Positions 8,684 to 17,974 of a DNA stretch of 64,000 nucleotides are shown in pieces. The translations under genes and the position numbers were made by a program. Within the stretch, counting starts at the first letter, position 1. The number at the start of each line of letters is the position of its first letter. The notes below the pieces were generated by a model. That model had not been told where the DNA came from. It saw nothing but the letters and a program-made list of their open reading frames with translations, and made no database searches. The DNA is from Candidatus Thorarchaeota archaeon (GTDB lineage: Archaea > Asgardarchaeota > Thorarchaeia > Thorarchaeales > Thorarchaeaceae). The DNA is taken from NCBI GenBank assembly GCA_046482545.1, contig JAWOEX010000037.1, positions 2,030 through 66,029 of the forward strand. The letters run 5' to 3'.

Positions 8684-9802
8684 ATGAAAACCATGGTAGA
8701 CGATTGTAAAGCAGCTGTCGTAGTAGAGCCAAATCATCCCATCGAAATTCAGCATTTCGAAGTTCCCGAACTTATACCTGGTTCAGTGTTGCTGAAAGTT
8801 GACCGTGCAGGTGTTTGCGGTACTGATGTACACCTGTGGCATGGTCAACTATCAGGAGTTCCATACCCGCTCATCATGGGTCACGAAGTCGCTGGAACAG
8901 TGGAAGAATTGGGTTCGGATGATATCAGGGACCTCAACGGAAGAAAATTGGAAGTGGGTGACCGCATCACATTCCATGATGTCACCGATACATGCTATTC
9001 ATGCTACTACTGCTTGATTGCAAAGGCACCAACAAAATGTCCCAATCGAGAAGTATATGGCATTACACGAGATCCGAAAAAGAAGCCATATCTTTTGGGG
9101 GGATACAGCGAATACGTCTACCTCACCCCCGGTACCAAAATAATTAGTATTCCAGACCATGTCTCCTTCGACGGGATTATTTCGGCAGGATGTGCTTTGC
9201 CTACAGCTACACATGCAGTAAGTCGTAGCCCGCTTCGCCATGGGAGCCATGTGGCAGTCCAAGGAGCAGGACCTGTTGGCCTCATGATTATGATGTTGGC
9301 GAAAATATCTGGAGCAGCTACCATAACAGCTATTGACCAAGCGGAAAATAGGCTTGAGTTAGCGAAAGATTTTGCTGCCGATTACTCATTGAACATTTCA
9401 GATACGTCACTTGATGTTCGCAAGGAATTTCTTGACGAACTGTCTGATGGGCATGGGCCCGATATTGTCTATGAAGCGACAGGAAATGCCGCCGCTGTTC
9501 CAGAAGGGATAGAGCTTGTGAGGAATGGTGGAGCATATACAATTTGCGGACAATACACAGACAGTGGAAATGTCGAAATTAACCCACACCTGATGAATCG
9601 CAAGCACCTTGATATTCGCACAGTCTGGGGCTCCGAAACAGTGCATGTTTACAAAGCAGTCAAGACGATTGCAGAAAACTGGAATCAATTCGATTTCGAG
9701 AAGCTTGTAACACATAAGTATTCCTTAGAGGATTCCCAAGATGCACTTGAGGCGGTAGAAGAGCAGATTCCAATAAAAGCTGTGTTAGCTCCGCACTCCT
9801 GA
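8684..9802 (+). CDS. Zinc-dependent alcohol dehydrogenase (MDR family)
   Basis: GVCGTDVH, GHE, CYSCYYC..C structural zinc site, GAGPVG Rossmann motif. Confidence 0.9.
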   Translation: MKTMVDDCKAAVVVEPNHPIEIQHFEVPELIPGSVLLKVDRAGVCGTDVHLWHGQLSGVPYPLIMGHEVAGTVEELGSDDIRDLNGRKLEVGDRITFHDVTDTCYSCYYCLIAKAPTKCPNREVYGITRDPKKKPYLLGGYSEYVYLTPGTKIISIPDHVSFDGIISAGCALPTATHAVSRSPLRHGSHVAVQGAGPVGLMIMMLAKISGAATITAIDQAENRLELAKDFAADYSLNISDTSLDVRKEFLDELSDGHGPDIVYEATGNAAAVPEGIELVRNGGAYTICGQYTDSGNVEINPHLMNRKHLDIRTVWGSETVHVYKAVKTIAENWNQFDFEKLVTHKYSLEDSQDALEAVEEQIPIKAVLAPHS

Positions 9803-9909
9803 TTGATTTCAGTCCGTAAGCGGGAATCTCAAAACAATACTTGTATCCTGCCTGAGCAGCCCTTGTAATCTTCCCGAATACTTTAGAAGAGTGACCAGGA
9901 GAATTAGGT

Positions 9910-10863
9910 ATGGGCACCAATCTACGGGCAATATGTCCGATTAACAAAATCGAGATTGATAGACTTGAAGGTAAATGGCTTGCTGTCGATGCACACAATC
10001 ATTTGTTCCAATTCATAACAGCAATCAGAGCCCGCAATGGGGATCCAATTAGAGATTCTAAGGGGAGGCCAATCTCACATCTACTTGGCCTCTTACCAAG
10101 GACAGCCAATCTAATCGATAGAGGTATCAGACTGGCGTATGTTTTCGATGGTCCAATGCCAGAATTGAAGGCTAGAACACTTGAGAAAAGAAAGAACTTG
10201 AAAATAAAAGCAAAGAAAAAATACAAGCTGGCAAAAGAAAGGGAAGACATAGAAGAGATGCGAAAATACGCTGTAAGAACATCTCGATTGACCCCTGAAA
10301 TCATCGAGAGCTCGAAGGCTCTTCTGAAGGCTATGGGAGTGCCCGTCATTCAAGCCCCAGCTGAGGCTGATGCACAGGCGGCATATATGGTAAAAGAAGA
10401 CGATTGTTATGCAGCAGCTTCGCAGGACTATGATATGCTGTTGCATGGTACGCCAAGGGTAGCCAGAAACATATCGAAAGCTAGCCGACGGTCCAGAGGC
10501 TTGGAGCTAATAGTCCTTGAAGAAATGCTTGAGAATCTAGGAATCAACCGTAATCAATTGATTGCTTTGGCCATGTTTATCGGCACAGACTACAATCCTG
10601 ATGGAGTGAAAGGGATAGCCTTCAAGAGGGGGCTCAAACTATTGCGAAATAACACAATTGGGGAATCTTTTGAGAAAGTGGCTCCTGACCTTGACTGGCG
10701 GCCCATACTTGATTTGTTCAATAATATGGCCGTGAATGAGACATATTCGTTGGAATGGAAAACACCCGATGAAGATGCACTGTATGAGTTGCTTGTTGAG
10801 AAGCATGATTTTTCGGAAAAGAGGGTCGAAAAGCGAGTCAAGCAGTTGTGGCTAAACCATTAA
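9910..10863 (+). CDS. fen: Flap endonuclease 1 family nuclease, divergent, no C-terminal PIP box
   Basis: AVDAHNHLFQF, DSKGRPISHL, YVFDG, EADAQAA, SQDYD, GTDYNPDG. Confidence 0.85.
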   Translation: MGTNLRAICPINKIEIDRLEGKWLAVDAHNHLFQFITAIRARNGDPIRDSKGRPISHLLGLLPRTANLIDRGIRLAYVFDGPMPELKARTLEKRKNLKIKAKKKYKLAKEREDIEEMRKYAVRTSRLTPEIIESSKALLKAMGVPVIQAPAEADAQAAYMVKEDDCYAAASQDYDMLLHGTPRVARNISKASRRSRGLELIVLEEMLENLGINRNQLIALAMFIGTDYNPDGVKGIAFKRGLKLLRNNTIGESFEKVAPDLDWRPILDLFNNMAVNETYSLEWKTPDEDALYELLVEKHDFSEKRVEKRVKQLWLNH

Positions 10864-10974
10864 GCGTAGATGGAGTAGACAGATTGAGGACTTCCGTTCA
10901 ACTGGATTCGTTGGATGGGACCTCTGGCTGTGTCAAGTTGGATGGGAAATCTTCTAATCTCCGTTGCTGAAATT

Positions 10975-10990
10975 TAGAACATATGTTCTA
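10975..10990. promoter_or_regulatory. Perfect 16-bp palindrome TAGAACATATGTTCTA; candidate operator
   Basis: Exact inverted repeat in an intergenic region, 60 nt upstream of a small ORF with an RBS. Confidence 0.5.
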
Positions 10991-11049
10991 ATACCTCAAG
11001 AAACCAAACCTAGAGAAGAAATAGACGGAGATGAGGAGGGGGGTGGAGA

Positions 11050-11199
11050 ATGAAGTCCTCAGATGTTATGAGATGCATTCATTGTCCACTCTTGAGCGAT
11101 TTCAGAGGCTTTCGGGGCTGCTTTCTCTTAGGAATGAACTCTGAATATCTCCTCAGTCAGATCCTCGGAGTGAAAAACAGACAGCCAAGACATCAATGA
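11050..11199 (+). CDS. 49-aa small ORF with CxxC plus a third Cys
   Basis: MKSSDVMRCIHCPLLSDFRGFRGCFLLG...; purine-rich GAGGAGGGGGGTGG upstream. Confidence 0.35.
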   Translation: MKSSDVMRCIHCPLLSDFRGFRGCFLLGMNSEYLLSQILGVKNRQPRHQ

Positions 11200-12101
11200 T
11201 ATCCAAGATCGTGCCGTCTCTCTTTCTCGTCGAATCCCTCAATTTCGGAACCATCAGCTTTTTTCATACCCATCAAGCGAGCAATTTTGGCGTAATCTGG
11301 TGACATAGGATACTCAGCTTTCATGGAAAATCGCGTTGGAATTGATCCGGTTCCCTTCTGTTCAAGACCATGTGCAAGTTCACCAATCTTTGCTTTTGGT
11401 GCGGAGAATATAATCTCGTCATCCTGGGTCCCGGCACGTCCCCGGTCTCCTCTGCAAGGAACCGCTACATGGTAGTCTTCCCTGAGCATCGGGGGTACAA
11501 CAGCATACACACAAGCTGAATGTCCGCCCAGAACACTTTCAACATCCATTCCATCAGAATATGCAGCTCCGAGTAACAGTTTCGTTAGTTGAGCAGAATT
11601 ACAGTAGATAACAGCAACATCAGGTTCGAAGCTAGCGGAAACAAGTGGTGCTGAGACTATACCCTTGTACTTGCCAACTTCAAAGCGTGGGATATTCTTT
11701 GCCCAGTTAGACCCAGCCTCCAGTGACTCAACACCAGCTGGGTAGCGGTTGTGACCTTCAAGGAAGTAGTCAGGTGGATCAGCAAAACCAAAGCCTATCA
11801 CAGGCTCAGGACACCACATCTCTTCAAATAACTGAGCTATAGTCATTCCAAATCTTCTGGATAGCGCAAAACACTGACAAGTCGATATGCACGAGTCGAA
11901 ATCCTCGGTTGGGCGCTTTGCGTTTTGGGGGATATCAGATTCACTTCCGAGCATCTTGATTGCCAGAGGGTCGCTTATTGGCCGTATGGCCGTAACTATT
12001 CTCTTTCCGTACTCATTGAATTCATTCAAGAGAACATCACTGTATCTGGCCCAGTCACAGGTGCCATAAATTTCTGAGGGTTTCACTAAGGTATCGTCCA
12101 T
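11193..12101 (-). CDS. DUF169 family protein
   Basis: P.AIKML, TCQCFALSRRFG, CPEPVIGFG, HSACVYAVVP, VPCRGDRGRAG. Confidence 0.8.
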   Translation of the reverse strand: MDDTLVKPSEIYGTCDWARYSDVLLNEFNEYGKRIVTAIRPISDPLAIKMLGSESDIPQNAKRPTEDFDSCISTCQCFALSRRFGMTIAQLFEEMWCPEPVIGFGFADPPDYFLEGHNRYPAGVESLEAGSNWAKNIPRFEVGKYKGIVSAPLVSASFEPDVAVIYCNSAQLTKLLLGAAYSDGMDVESVLGGHSACVYAVVPPMLREDYHVAVPCRGDRGRAGTQDDEIIFSAPKAKIGELAHGLEQKGTGSIPTRFSMKAEYPMSPDYAKIARLMGMKKADGSEIEGFDEKERRHDLGYH

Positions 12102-12118
12102 ATGTCTCAGTACAAAGG

Positions 12119-13948
12119 TTACAGCTTGTAATAGGAATCGTCTATATCGATAATCTCCTCAAAGGAGACATCATCAAGAATCTCAGTCATAGCTTGTGCA
12201 CCGTTGATCCAGTCCAGATTGATACTTCCGTCATCGTCCACAGTCAAAACAACATCAGGCAGATTCCCAAACAAGTTATGATCGGCTTCAAGGATATCTT
12301 GATATGCTCCAGTTAGGGCTACCAGAAAATAGTCCAAATTGTCAACATCAGATACAGGAATTCCAACTGTCTCGAAGCTTTTCGATGACGTCAAGGGCCG
12401 AGAATCCTTTGTAACAAGGGTTTTCTCTCGGCATTTTCTTACAACAAACGGAGAGATTTCACCATCGCTATCACAGGTCACGTCAGCCAGTCGAACAGTT
12501 GTGGCGGGTTGCTTGTCATGACCTGAAATAGGAATTACTGGAAAGTACTGATCGACTAAAACGTGGTCAAGACAGCTGTTGAAGACACTGAAATTGCCAA
12601 TAGCAACGTAATCAGGAAGAAAAAGCCATTCATGCAGGCTATCTGGCACCTTCAGATCCTCTTCCAAGACTCGTCGTCTAACCGTTTTCTTGAACAGTGC
12701 GATGCGTTTCTCTTGTCTATACAGCTCTTCAAGATGTCCGGTAGGAGTAGTATAGTTCAATTTATTCCATATATCATATAGAGCAGCAGTATCCGAAATC
12801 CGTTCAATCTTCTGCTTGAAAGACAACATCGCGGATTCACTCTCATCAAAATCAGGAAATAGGCGTCTGATATCGAGTACCTTTACAATAATTGCAGAGG
12901 CCTTCGCAGTCACTGCCCGACCGGCCTCGGTCATGATATTCGGGTGTTGGACTACACCTTCCTCATCGCAGACATCTTTGATTGCCTTGAGCATGGTACC
13001 TACGAAGACAGGGATAGCTTCCCGTTTGAACAGACTCTTGTAGTCTGTAGGGATACCCCCACCAATGTCTATCGCACTTAGACTGGATAGACCGTACTTG
13101 CGAAGTGAAAAGAATACCTCAGCCATGTATTTCCCGTAATCAGCCATGTTTTGTTCCAAGTCAGTGAGTTGGGAACCAAGATGAGCATGGATAGCGCGCA
13201 CATCCTCCACTAGAGGGGAGTCCGCTAATATCTCTGCCACCTCTATCATGTCATGAACAGATAGTCCAAACTTGGAGCCACGAGCACCTGAGCGTTGCCA
13301 ATGGCCACTAGAATGAACATAGGGCTTAACACGCAGTGCGAACTCGACTTTTCCAGGTTCAAGATACTCGAGTGTAAGCTTCGCCTCAGCGATACTTTCA
13401 AGTGATACAATCACTTGGTGGCCTTGCTCTGCTGCAGCACGGGCCATCTCCAAGTATTCTCTATCTTTAGTACCGTTGCAGACAATTAGGCGGTTTTTAT
13501 CGTCATAGACTGCACGCATAGTGAGTAACATCTCGGTCTTGGATCCCACCTCCAATCCATATTCAATATCCGATTGCAAGATTGTAGACAAGAAACTAGA
13601 CTGTTGGTTTACTTTCACCGGATAGAGGGGGATGTACTCTCCATCATATTGTGCAGCTTCCAGGTGAGATAAGAACGCCTCTTTCATCTTCTCGATTTGA
13701 GCCGTAATCAGTTGGGGGAGTTGTACTGAAAAGGTTGAAGTGTATCCTTTCTTGGATTGATTATCTTCTTGATATCGTTCTATCAAATCACTAACTGCGA
13801 TGGTGGTACCCTTCAGATTAATCACAAGGTCTCCTGACTCATCCATATCGAGGAAATCAAGGTCGCCTCGAGCAACACCGTGAATAAATTTAGATTCTTC
13901 AATGGTCCACATAACTGGTCTGCCTCTACGTTGTTTAGGGATTTTCAA
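12119..13948 (-). CDS. speA: PLP-dependent biosynthetic arginine decarboxylase (bacterial SpeA type)
   Basis: YPVKVNQ (PLP Lys), GLEVGSKTE, SKFGL, HAHLGSQ, DIGGG, EAGRA, DVTCDSDG, GAYQDIL..HNLFG. Confidence 0.85.
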   Translation of the reverse strand: MKIPKQRRGRPVMWTIEESKFIHGVARGDLDFLDMDESGDLVINLKGTTIAVSDLIERYQEDNQSKKGYTSTFSVQLPQLITAQIEKMKEAFLSHLEAAQYDGEYIPLYPVKVNQQSSFLSTILQSDIEYGLEVGSKTEMLLTMRAVYDDKNRLIVCNGTKDREYLEMARAAAEQGHQVIVSLESIAEAKLTLEYLEPGKVEFALRVKPYVHSSGHWQRSGARGSKFGLSVHDMIEVAEILADSPLVEDVRAIHAHLGSQLTDLEQNMADYGKYMAEVFFSLRKYGLSSLSAIDIGGGIPTDYKSLFKREAIPVFVGTMLKAIKDVCDEEGVVQHPNIMTEAGRAVTAKASAIIVKVLDIRRLFPDFDESESAMLSFKQKIERISDTAALYDIWNKLNYTTPTGHLEELYRQEKRIALFKKTVRRRVLEEDLKVPDSLHEWLFLPDYVAIGNFSVFNSCLDHVLVDQYFPVIPISGHDKQPATTVRLADVTCDSDGEISPFVVRKCREKTLVTKDSRPLTSSKSFETVGIPVSDVDNLDYFLVALTGAYQDILEADHNLFGNLPDVVLTVDDDGSINLDWINGAQAMTEILDDVSFEEIIDIDDSYYKL

Positions 13949-14258
13949 TATATCGATAGCAATTGATAAACTGCAAATCGTGTCTTATTGTAAGAGTTGT
14001 CACTCAAAATAGGGCTTTTCTGCAGAGGTCATCTCATAAACCTAGAATGCTTTCGTTGCATTCTCCGGTTCGTACTTAACTCAAGTAGCTCAATCTTATG
14101 ATGTCTGGGTACATTATTAGAAGCCATACCCTATCGTCTACAAGGAAATTTCAATACGCAAAATCAGAGTGATTATCCTCGACATCCAGTTGTGAATAGA
14201 CAAGTTTACTGATGAATCTTCACTGAATTTCGGTTCAAAACTCTGTGGAACTGGTTTC

Positions 14259-15158
14259 CTAGCGACTAAAGTCTCCTGTTGTCGACATATCTTTGCATTG
14301 GAAGTTTGCAGGCATTCTGAATAGAGAGGGGTTAGACATATTGGTGTAGAAATCTACTCCACTGGTAGATATGTAATCCTCAAGGAGAGGCATAAGCTGC
14401 CTTGTACTGGAAATCAGCTGATTCCAGTAAGATTCTATGTTTCCTCTCGTCAGTTCTACGTCTCTGGGTATCTCCAATGAAACATCAAATCCATGACGGC
14501 CATAAGTTGGTATCCAACAAGCCATGTCAGCAAGAGTAAAGAGATGAGCACTGATGCCGGGATAGGCTCGTTCTTCAAACATCACATAGGGCCAGAAAGG
14601 TTCTCTAGCGGGATGGTCATCTGGGTGGCCTGAACAACTCTCTCGCGTAACAAGTCCAAATTCATTGAGCTCCCTAATGTGAGGTCTTATCGAGGAATCA
14701 ACATACTCTATCCACTGATCAATAGGCGTGGATTCCAGCCTACGGGAGTGCCAAGTTTGGTGAGGCCAATTCATGAAATAATGAATCCATAAGGCAGTTG
14801 GGTACATTCCATTAGATATTCGCTCTCTATAGTTCTCAAGGAAACCCATAAGCCTCTCTGTAGTGGACAGAAATCGTTCCCACGACTGACGGCAGATGTC
14901 TAGCGATAGGGAATTGACCTCCGGGATGCTTGATTGGGGGTATGTGACCCTCAAATCGCCGTCGGGAGTGATATCGGGAACCCACTGGGCAATATCAGCT
15001 ATTGTTACTATATGAGGTTCAACACCCGGATACGATCCTCGACTAATCTGAATCATGGGGCTTGTCTTCCGGTTGCCATGGATTCCCAGATGAATGTCGA
15101 CAACCTTGATTTCAAACTTCTCAAGGAAGCTACTAATTGAGGTTTCGTCGGTAGTCAT
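14259..15158 (-). CDS. Uncharacterised protein with an IRELNEFGLVTRESCSGH motif (TYW3-like segment)
   Basis: Long clean ORF; motif resembles (L/I)..LN..G..T..SC.GH. Start at 15158 preferred; the ORF track extends to 15212. Confidence 0.6.
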   Translation of the reverse strand: MTTDETSISSFLEKFEIKVVDIHLGIHGNRKTSPMIQISRGSYPGVEPHIVTIADIAQWVPDITPDGDLRVTYPQSSIPEVNSLSLDICRQSWERFLSTTERLMGFLENYRERISNGMYPTALWIHYFMNWPHQTWHSRRLESTPIDQWIEYVDSSIRPHIRELNEFGLVTRESCSGHPDDHPAREPFWPYVMFEERAYPGISAHLFTLADMACWIPTYGRHGFDVSLEIPRDVELTRGNIESYWNQLISSTRQLMPLLEDYISTSGVDFYTNMSNPSLFRMPANFQCKDMSTTGDFSR

Positions 15159-15270
15159 TGGTTTGCCCCCCTTTTTCGGGTCTTGTGACGGGACTATCTC
15201 TTTTCCCGCCAATTATATACTGTGAAACCAAGATAAGATATTCGGAAATAGTTAGAGTAGATGGGACAGT

Positions 15271-15594
15271 CTACTTTAACACAACAGAGGTAACCACTTT
15301 CGCTATGCGTTCTCTTGTTGATTGAATTTCAGGTGTATTGAAACCTGTTTTCCATTTGCCGCTGAACAGCTCATCAGTAATAACTAACAACGCACCGAAT
15401 TCAATTCCTCGAAACAATGCGATGGACATCAATGCTGTGCACTCCATCTCTACAGCGAGTCCCCCTTGCTCACTGAATCTGGCCGCTTTCCCGAAAGTCT
15501 CCCGAAATGGAGCATCTGTCGTCCAAACGCCACCTTCGTGATAGGCTACACCATCTAGAGCTGCTCGCATCACCTCGACTAGAATATCATTGCT
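15271..15594 (-). pseudogene. 3' fragment of a purine/uridine nucleoside phosphorylase
   Basis: GGVWTTDAPFRET, AVEMECTAL, LLVITDEL. The N-terminal ~140 aa are absent. Confidence 0.75.
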
Positions 15595-15764
15595 TGTACG
15601 ACTATCCTATGAAAGGGGCTTACGGAGAGAAAATCTAGGAATGCTGTCAGGAAAAACAGGGCGCCCATTGCTACCCCTTGCGCGAAATAGAATATACCTT
15701 GTATAATCAGATAGTAGTCTTCCCAAACGTCGAGTCGATTAGCGGGCGCTTCGGACATAGCCAA
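15579..15764 (-). pseudogene. 5' fragment of an MFS transporter (AmpG/acetyl-CoA-transporter-like), truncated at about 60 aa
   Basis: YYLIIQGIFYFAQGVAMGALFFL first-helix pattern, then a stop at the junction with the phosphorylase fragment. Confidence 0.55.
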
Positions 15765-15845
15765 ATGGTATAAAGAACACTTTCTTAAGCTGTAGGGACA
15801 AGAACAGCCTCAACGAATATTACACAGCTAGTTCATGTTGTAAGC

Positions 15846-17195
15846 GTGATAGCATTGTCTTTGCGAGACGAATCTGCTGAACTCATTCAGGAGCTGGTCA
15901 AGAATAGGTGCGTCAACCCTCCCGGTAATGAGATGAAATCTATAAAGAGCGTGAACCGCTACCTAGAATCATACGGAGTTGAAACTGAAATTTTCGAGTC
16001 TGATACTAATCGGGGCAATCTCCTGTGCACAATAGAAGGTACTGGAGAAGGTCCGAGTCTCATGTTCGGACCGGCTCACGTAGATGTGGTACCTGTCGAG
16101 GACACGTCGAAGTGGGAGGTACCTCCCTTTTCAGGGAAAATCAAAGATGATTGCATATGGGGGAGAGGAACGCTTGATATGCTCTACATAGTCGCGACCC
16201 AAGCGGTAGTATTCGCCCACTTATGCGACGGAGGTTTTCAGCTAAAAGGAGACTTGAAGTTCCTTGTGGTTTCTGATGAGGAAGCAGCTGGACAATATGG
16301 TGCCGGGTACATGGTCAAGAATCATACAGATAAGGTCAAAGTGGACTATCTCATTACAGAAACAGGAGGGCATCCTATAGCTCAAGACCGATTTGTGTAT
16401 GCTTATGGAGAGAAAGGAGCTACATGGTTGCGCCTCAAGTTCGAAGGCGAGGAGCAGCATGGGTCAATGCCATTCAAGTCAGAAAATGCTGTTGTGAAGA
16501 TGGCGGACGCAATCCGTAGACTCAGAGACTATCAGCCTCCACTTACAACCGAATACATCAATGTCCTTGTTGAAAATATGCCTGTCGGAAGCACACAGAA
16601 ATGGTTGCTCAGAAGAAAGACTCTGCTTCCTCGATTGATTGAGATGATCAGCAAAGACAACCTTGCTCAAGCCAAAATCCTTCACGCGCTCAGCAGAATG
16701 ACGCTCTCTCCGGATTTATGTGAAGGGGGAACCAAAGTCAATGTCGTTGCCGGAAAAGCCCATGTGGATGTGGACATACGAACACTTCCAGGCCAAGATG
16801 CAGAATACGTAAGAGAGCATCTCAGAAATGCGTTAGGGCCACTTGCTGCGGAGACTGATATCGGACCTCTTCCAAAAGAAGCAGGATCTGAACCTTCCTA
16901 CGGAAACGCGAGTGACGTCCAATCGCCGCTTGTTAAGCAAATGGGACAGAGCATGAAGGAACTCAAAGGAGATAATTCGAAACTTGTACCGATGTTGATG
17001 CCGGGTGTGACGGACTGCCGATTCTTCCGAAACAGGTTTGGGACACAGGCATATGGTTTCAGCCTATTCGATGATACACTAGAAATGGGTCAATTGCTAG
17101 GTTTAATACATGGAACCAATGAGCGAGTTCCTCTAGGAAGTGTAGAGTTAACTGCTCAAGCTTATATGCATGTAGCCAGGGGATTTCTAAGTTGA
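15846..17195 (+). CDS. M20/M25/M40 family metallopeptidase/deacylase
   Basis: HVDVVP, GRGTLDM, DEE, TETG, HGSMP, TKVNVV, TDCRFF, IHGTNE. Confidence 0.9.
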   Translation: MIALSLRDESAELIQELVKNRCVNPPGNEMKSIKSVNRYLESYGVETEIFESDTNRGNLLCTIEGTGEGPSLMFGPAHVDVVPVEDTSKWEVPPFSGKIKDDCIWGRGTLDMLYIVATQAVVFAHLCDGGFQLKGDLKFLVVSDEEAAGQYGAGYMVKNHTDKVKVDYLITETGGHPIAQDRFVYAYGEKGATWLRLKFEGEEQHGSMPFKSENAVVKMADAIRRLRDYQPPLTTEYINVLVENMPVGSTQKWLLRRKTLLPRLIEMISKDNLAQAKILHALSRMTLSPDLCEGGTKVNVVAGKAHVDVDIRTLPGQDAEYVREHLRNALGPLAAETDIGPLPKEAGSEPSYGNASDVQSPLVKQMGQSMKELKGDNSKLVPMLMPGVTDCRFFRNRFGTQAYGFSLFDDTLEMGQLLGLIHGTNERVPLGSVELTAQAYMHVARGFLS

Positions 17196-17210
17196 ATGAG
17201 TTGACGGCCC

Positions 17211-17870
17211 ATGTATTCTTTTGGAGAGCTCAACATAGACGGGCACATTGGAAGGGTGCCTAATGAATACCTTCGGCTGAAAGAAGGCACCAATAGGTAT
17301 GCAATCACCTTTCCAGGGAGAGGCTACACAACCCAAGCACCATTGCTTTACTACACGAATCGCTTTCTTCTGTATAGAGGAATCAATGTTCTGAATATTA
17401 ACTACGACTACATGGATAATGAGGCGTTCGAAACCAAGAGTCAGGAAGAGAAGATGGAATGGTTGAAGAATGATGTTGTGGCAGCGTATACTGCTGCACA
17501 AAACCAGTTGGACGAGCAACTTTGTTGTCTAGTAGGAAAATCGCTTGGTACAATCGCTTTAGCCTACATCCTAGAAGAATCCTCAAGTGCACGAGATGCC
17601 AAATTCATTTGGCATACTCCGCTCATTTTACTACCCGAAATTCGTAGGGCACTGAATGATTATACACCGGATTCGCTATTCCTAATCGGTACAAAAGATC
17701 CATACTATGATGAGAATGTACTATCGGAACTAATAGACTCTACTGGAGGGGAGAGCTTGGTAATTGAGAGTGCAAACCATGGAATGGAGGTATCTACAAA
17801 TCCCTTAGAGCTCTTAGAAGTCATGGAGAGAGTTATTCAGAGTCTGACGGGATTTTTTAGTTCTGAATAA
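17211..17870 (+). CDS. Alpha/beta hydrolase
   Basis: FPGRGY, GKSLG elbow, GTKDPYY, ANHG. Confidence 0.8.
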   Translation: MYSFGELNIDGHIGRVPNEYLRLKEGTNRYAITFPGRGYTTQAPLLYYTNRFLLYRGINVLNINYDYMDNEAFETKSQEEKMEWLKNDVVAAYTAAQNQLDEQLCCLVGKSLGTIALAYILEESSSARDAKFIWHTPLILLPEIRRALNDYTPDSLFLIGTKDPYYDENVLSELIDSTGGESLVIESANHGMEVSTNPLELLEVMERVIQSLTGFFSSE

Positions 17871-17974
17871 AGAAACAATAGCATGACTAAAACATGGAGA
17901 AGATTGGACTCTCGCATTAGTTCATATATCCTAGGGGTTGGTGTTTAAGCAAGTGATAATCTGACCCTTGCACG

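Noticed and set aside
10861-10960. Possible frameshifted PIP box after the fen stop (RQIEDF)
   Set aside because: The spacing does not fit Q-x-x-hydrophobic-x-x-aromatic-aromatic in any frame.
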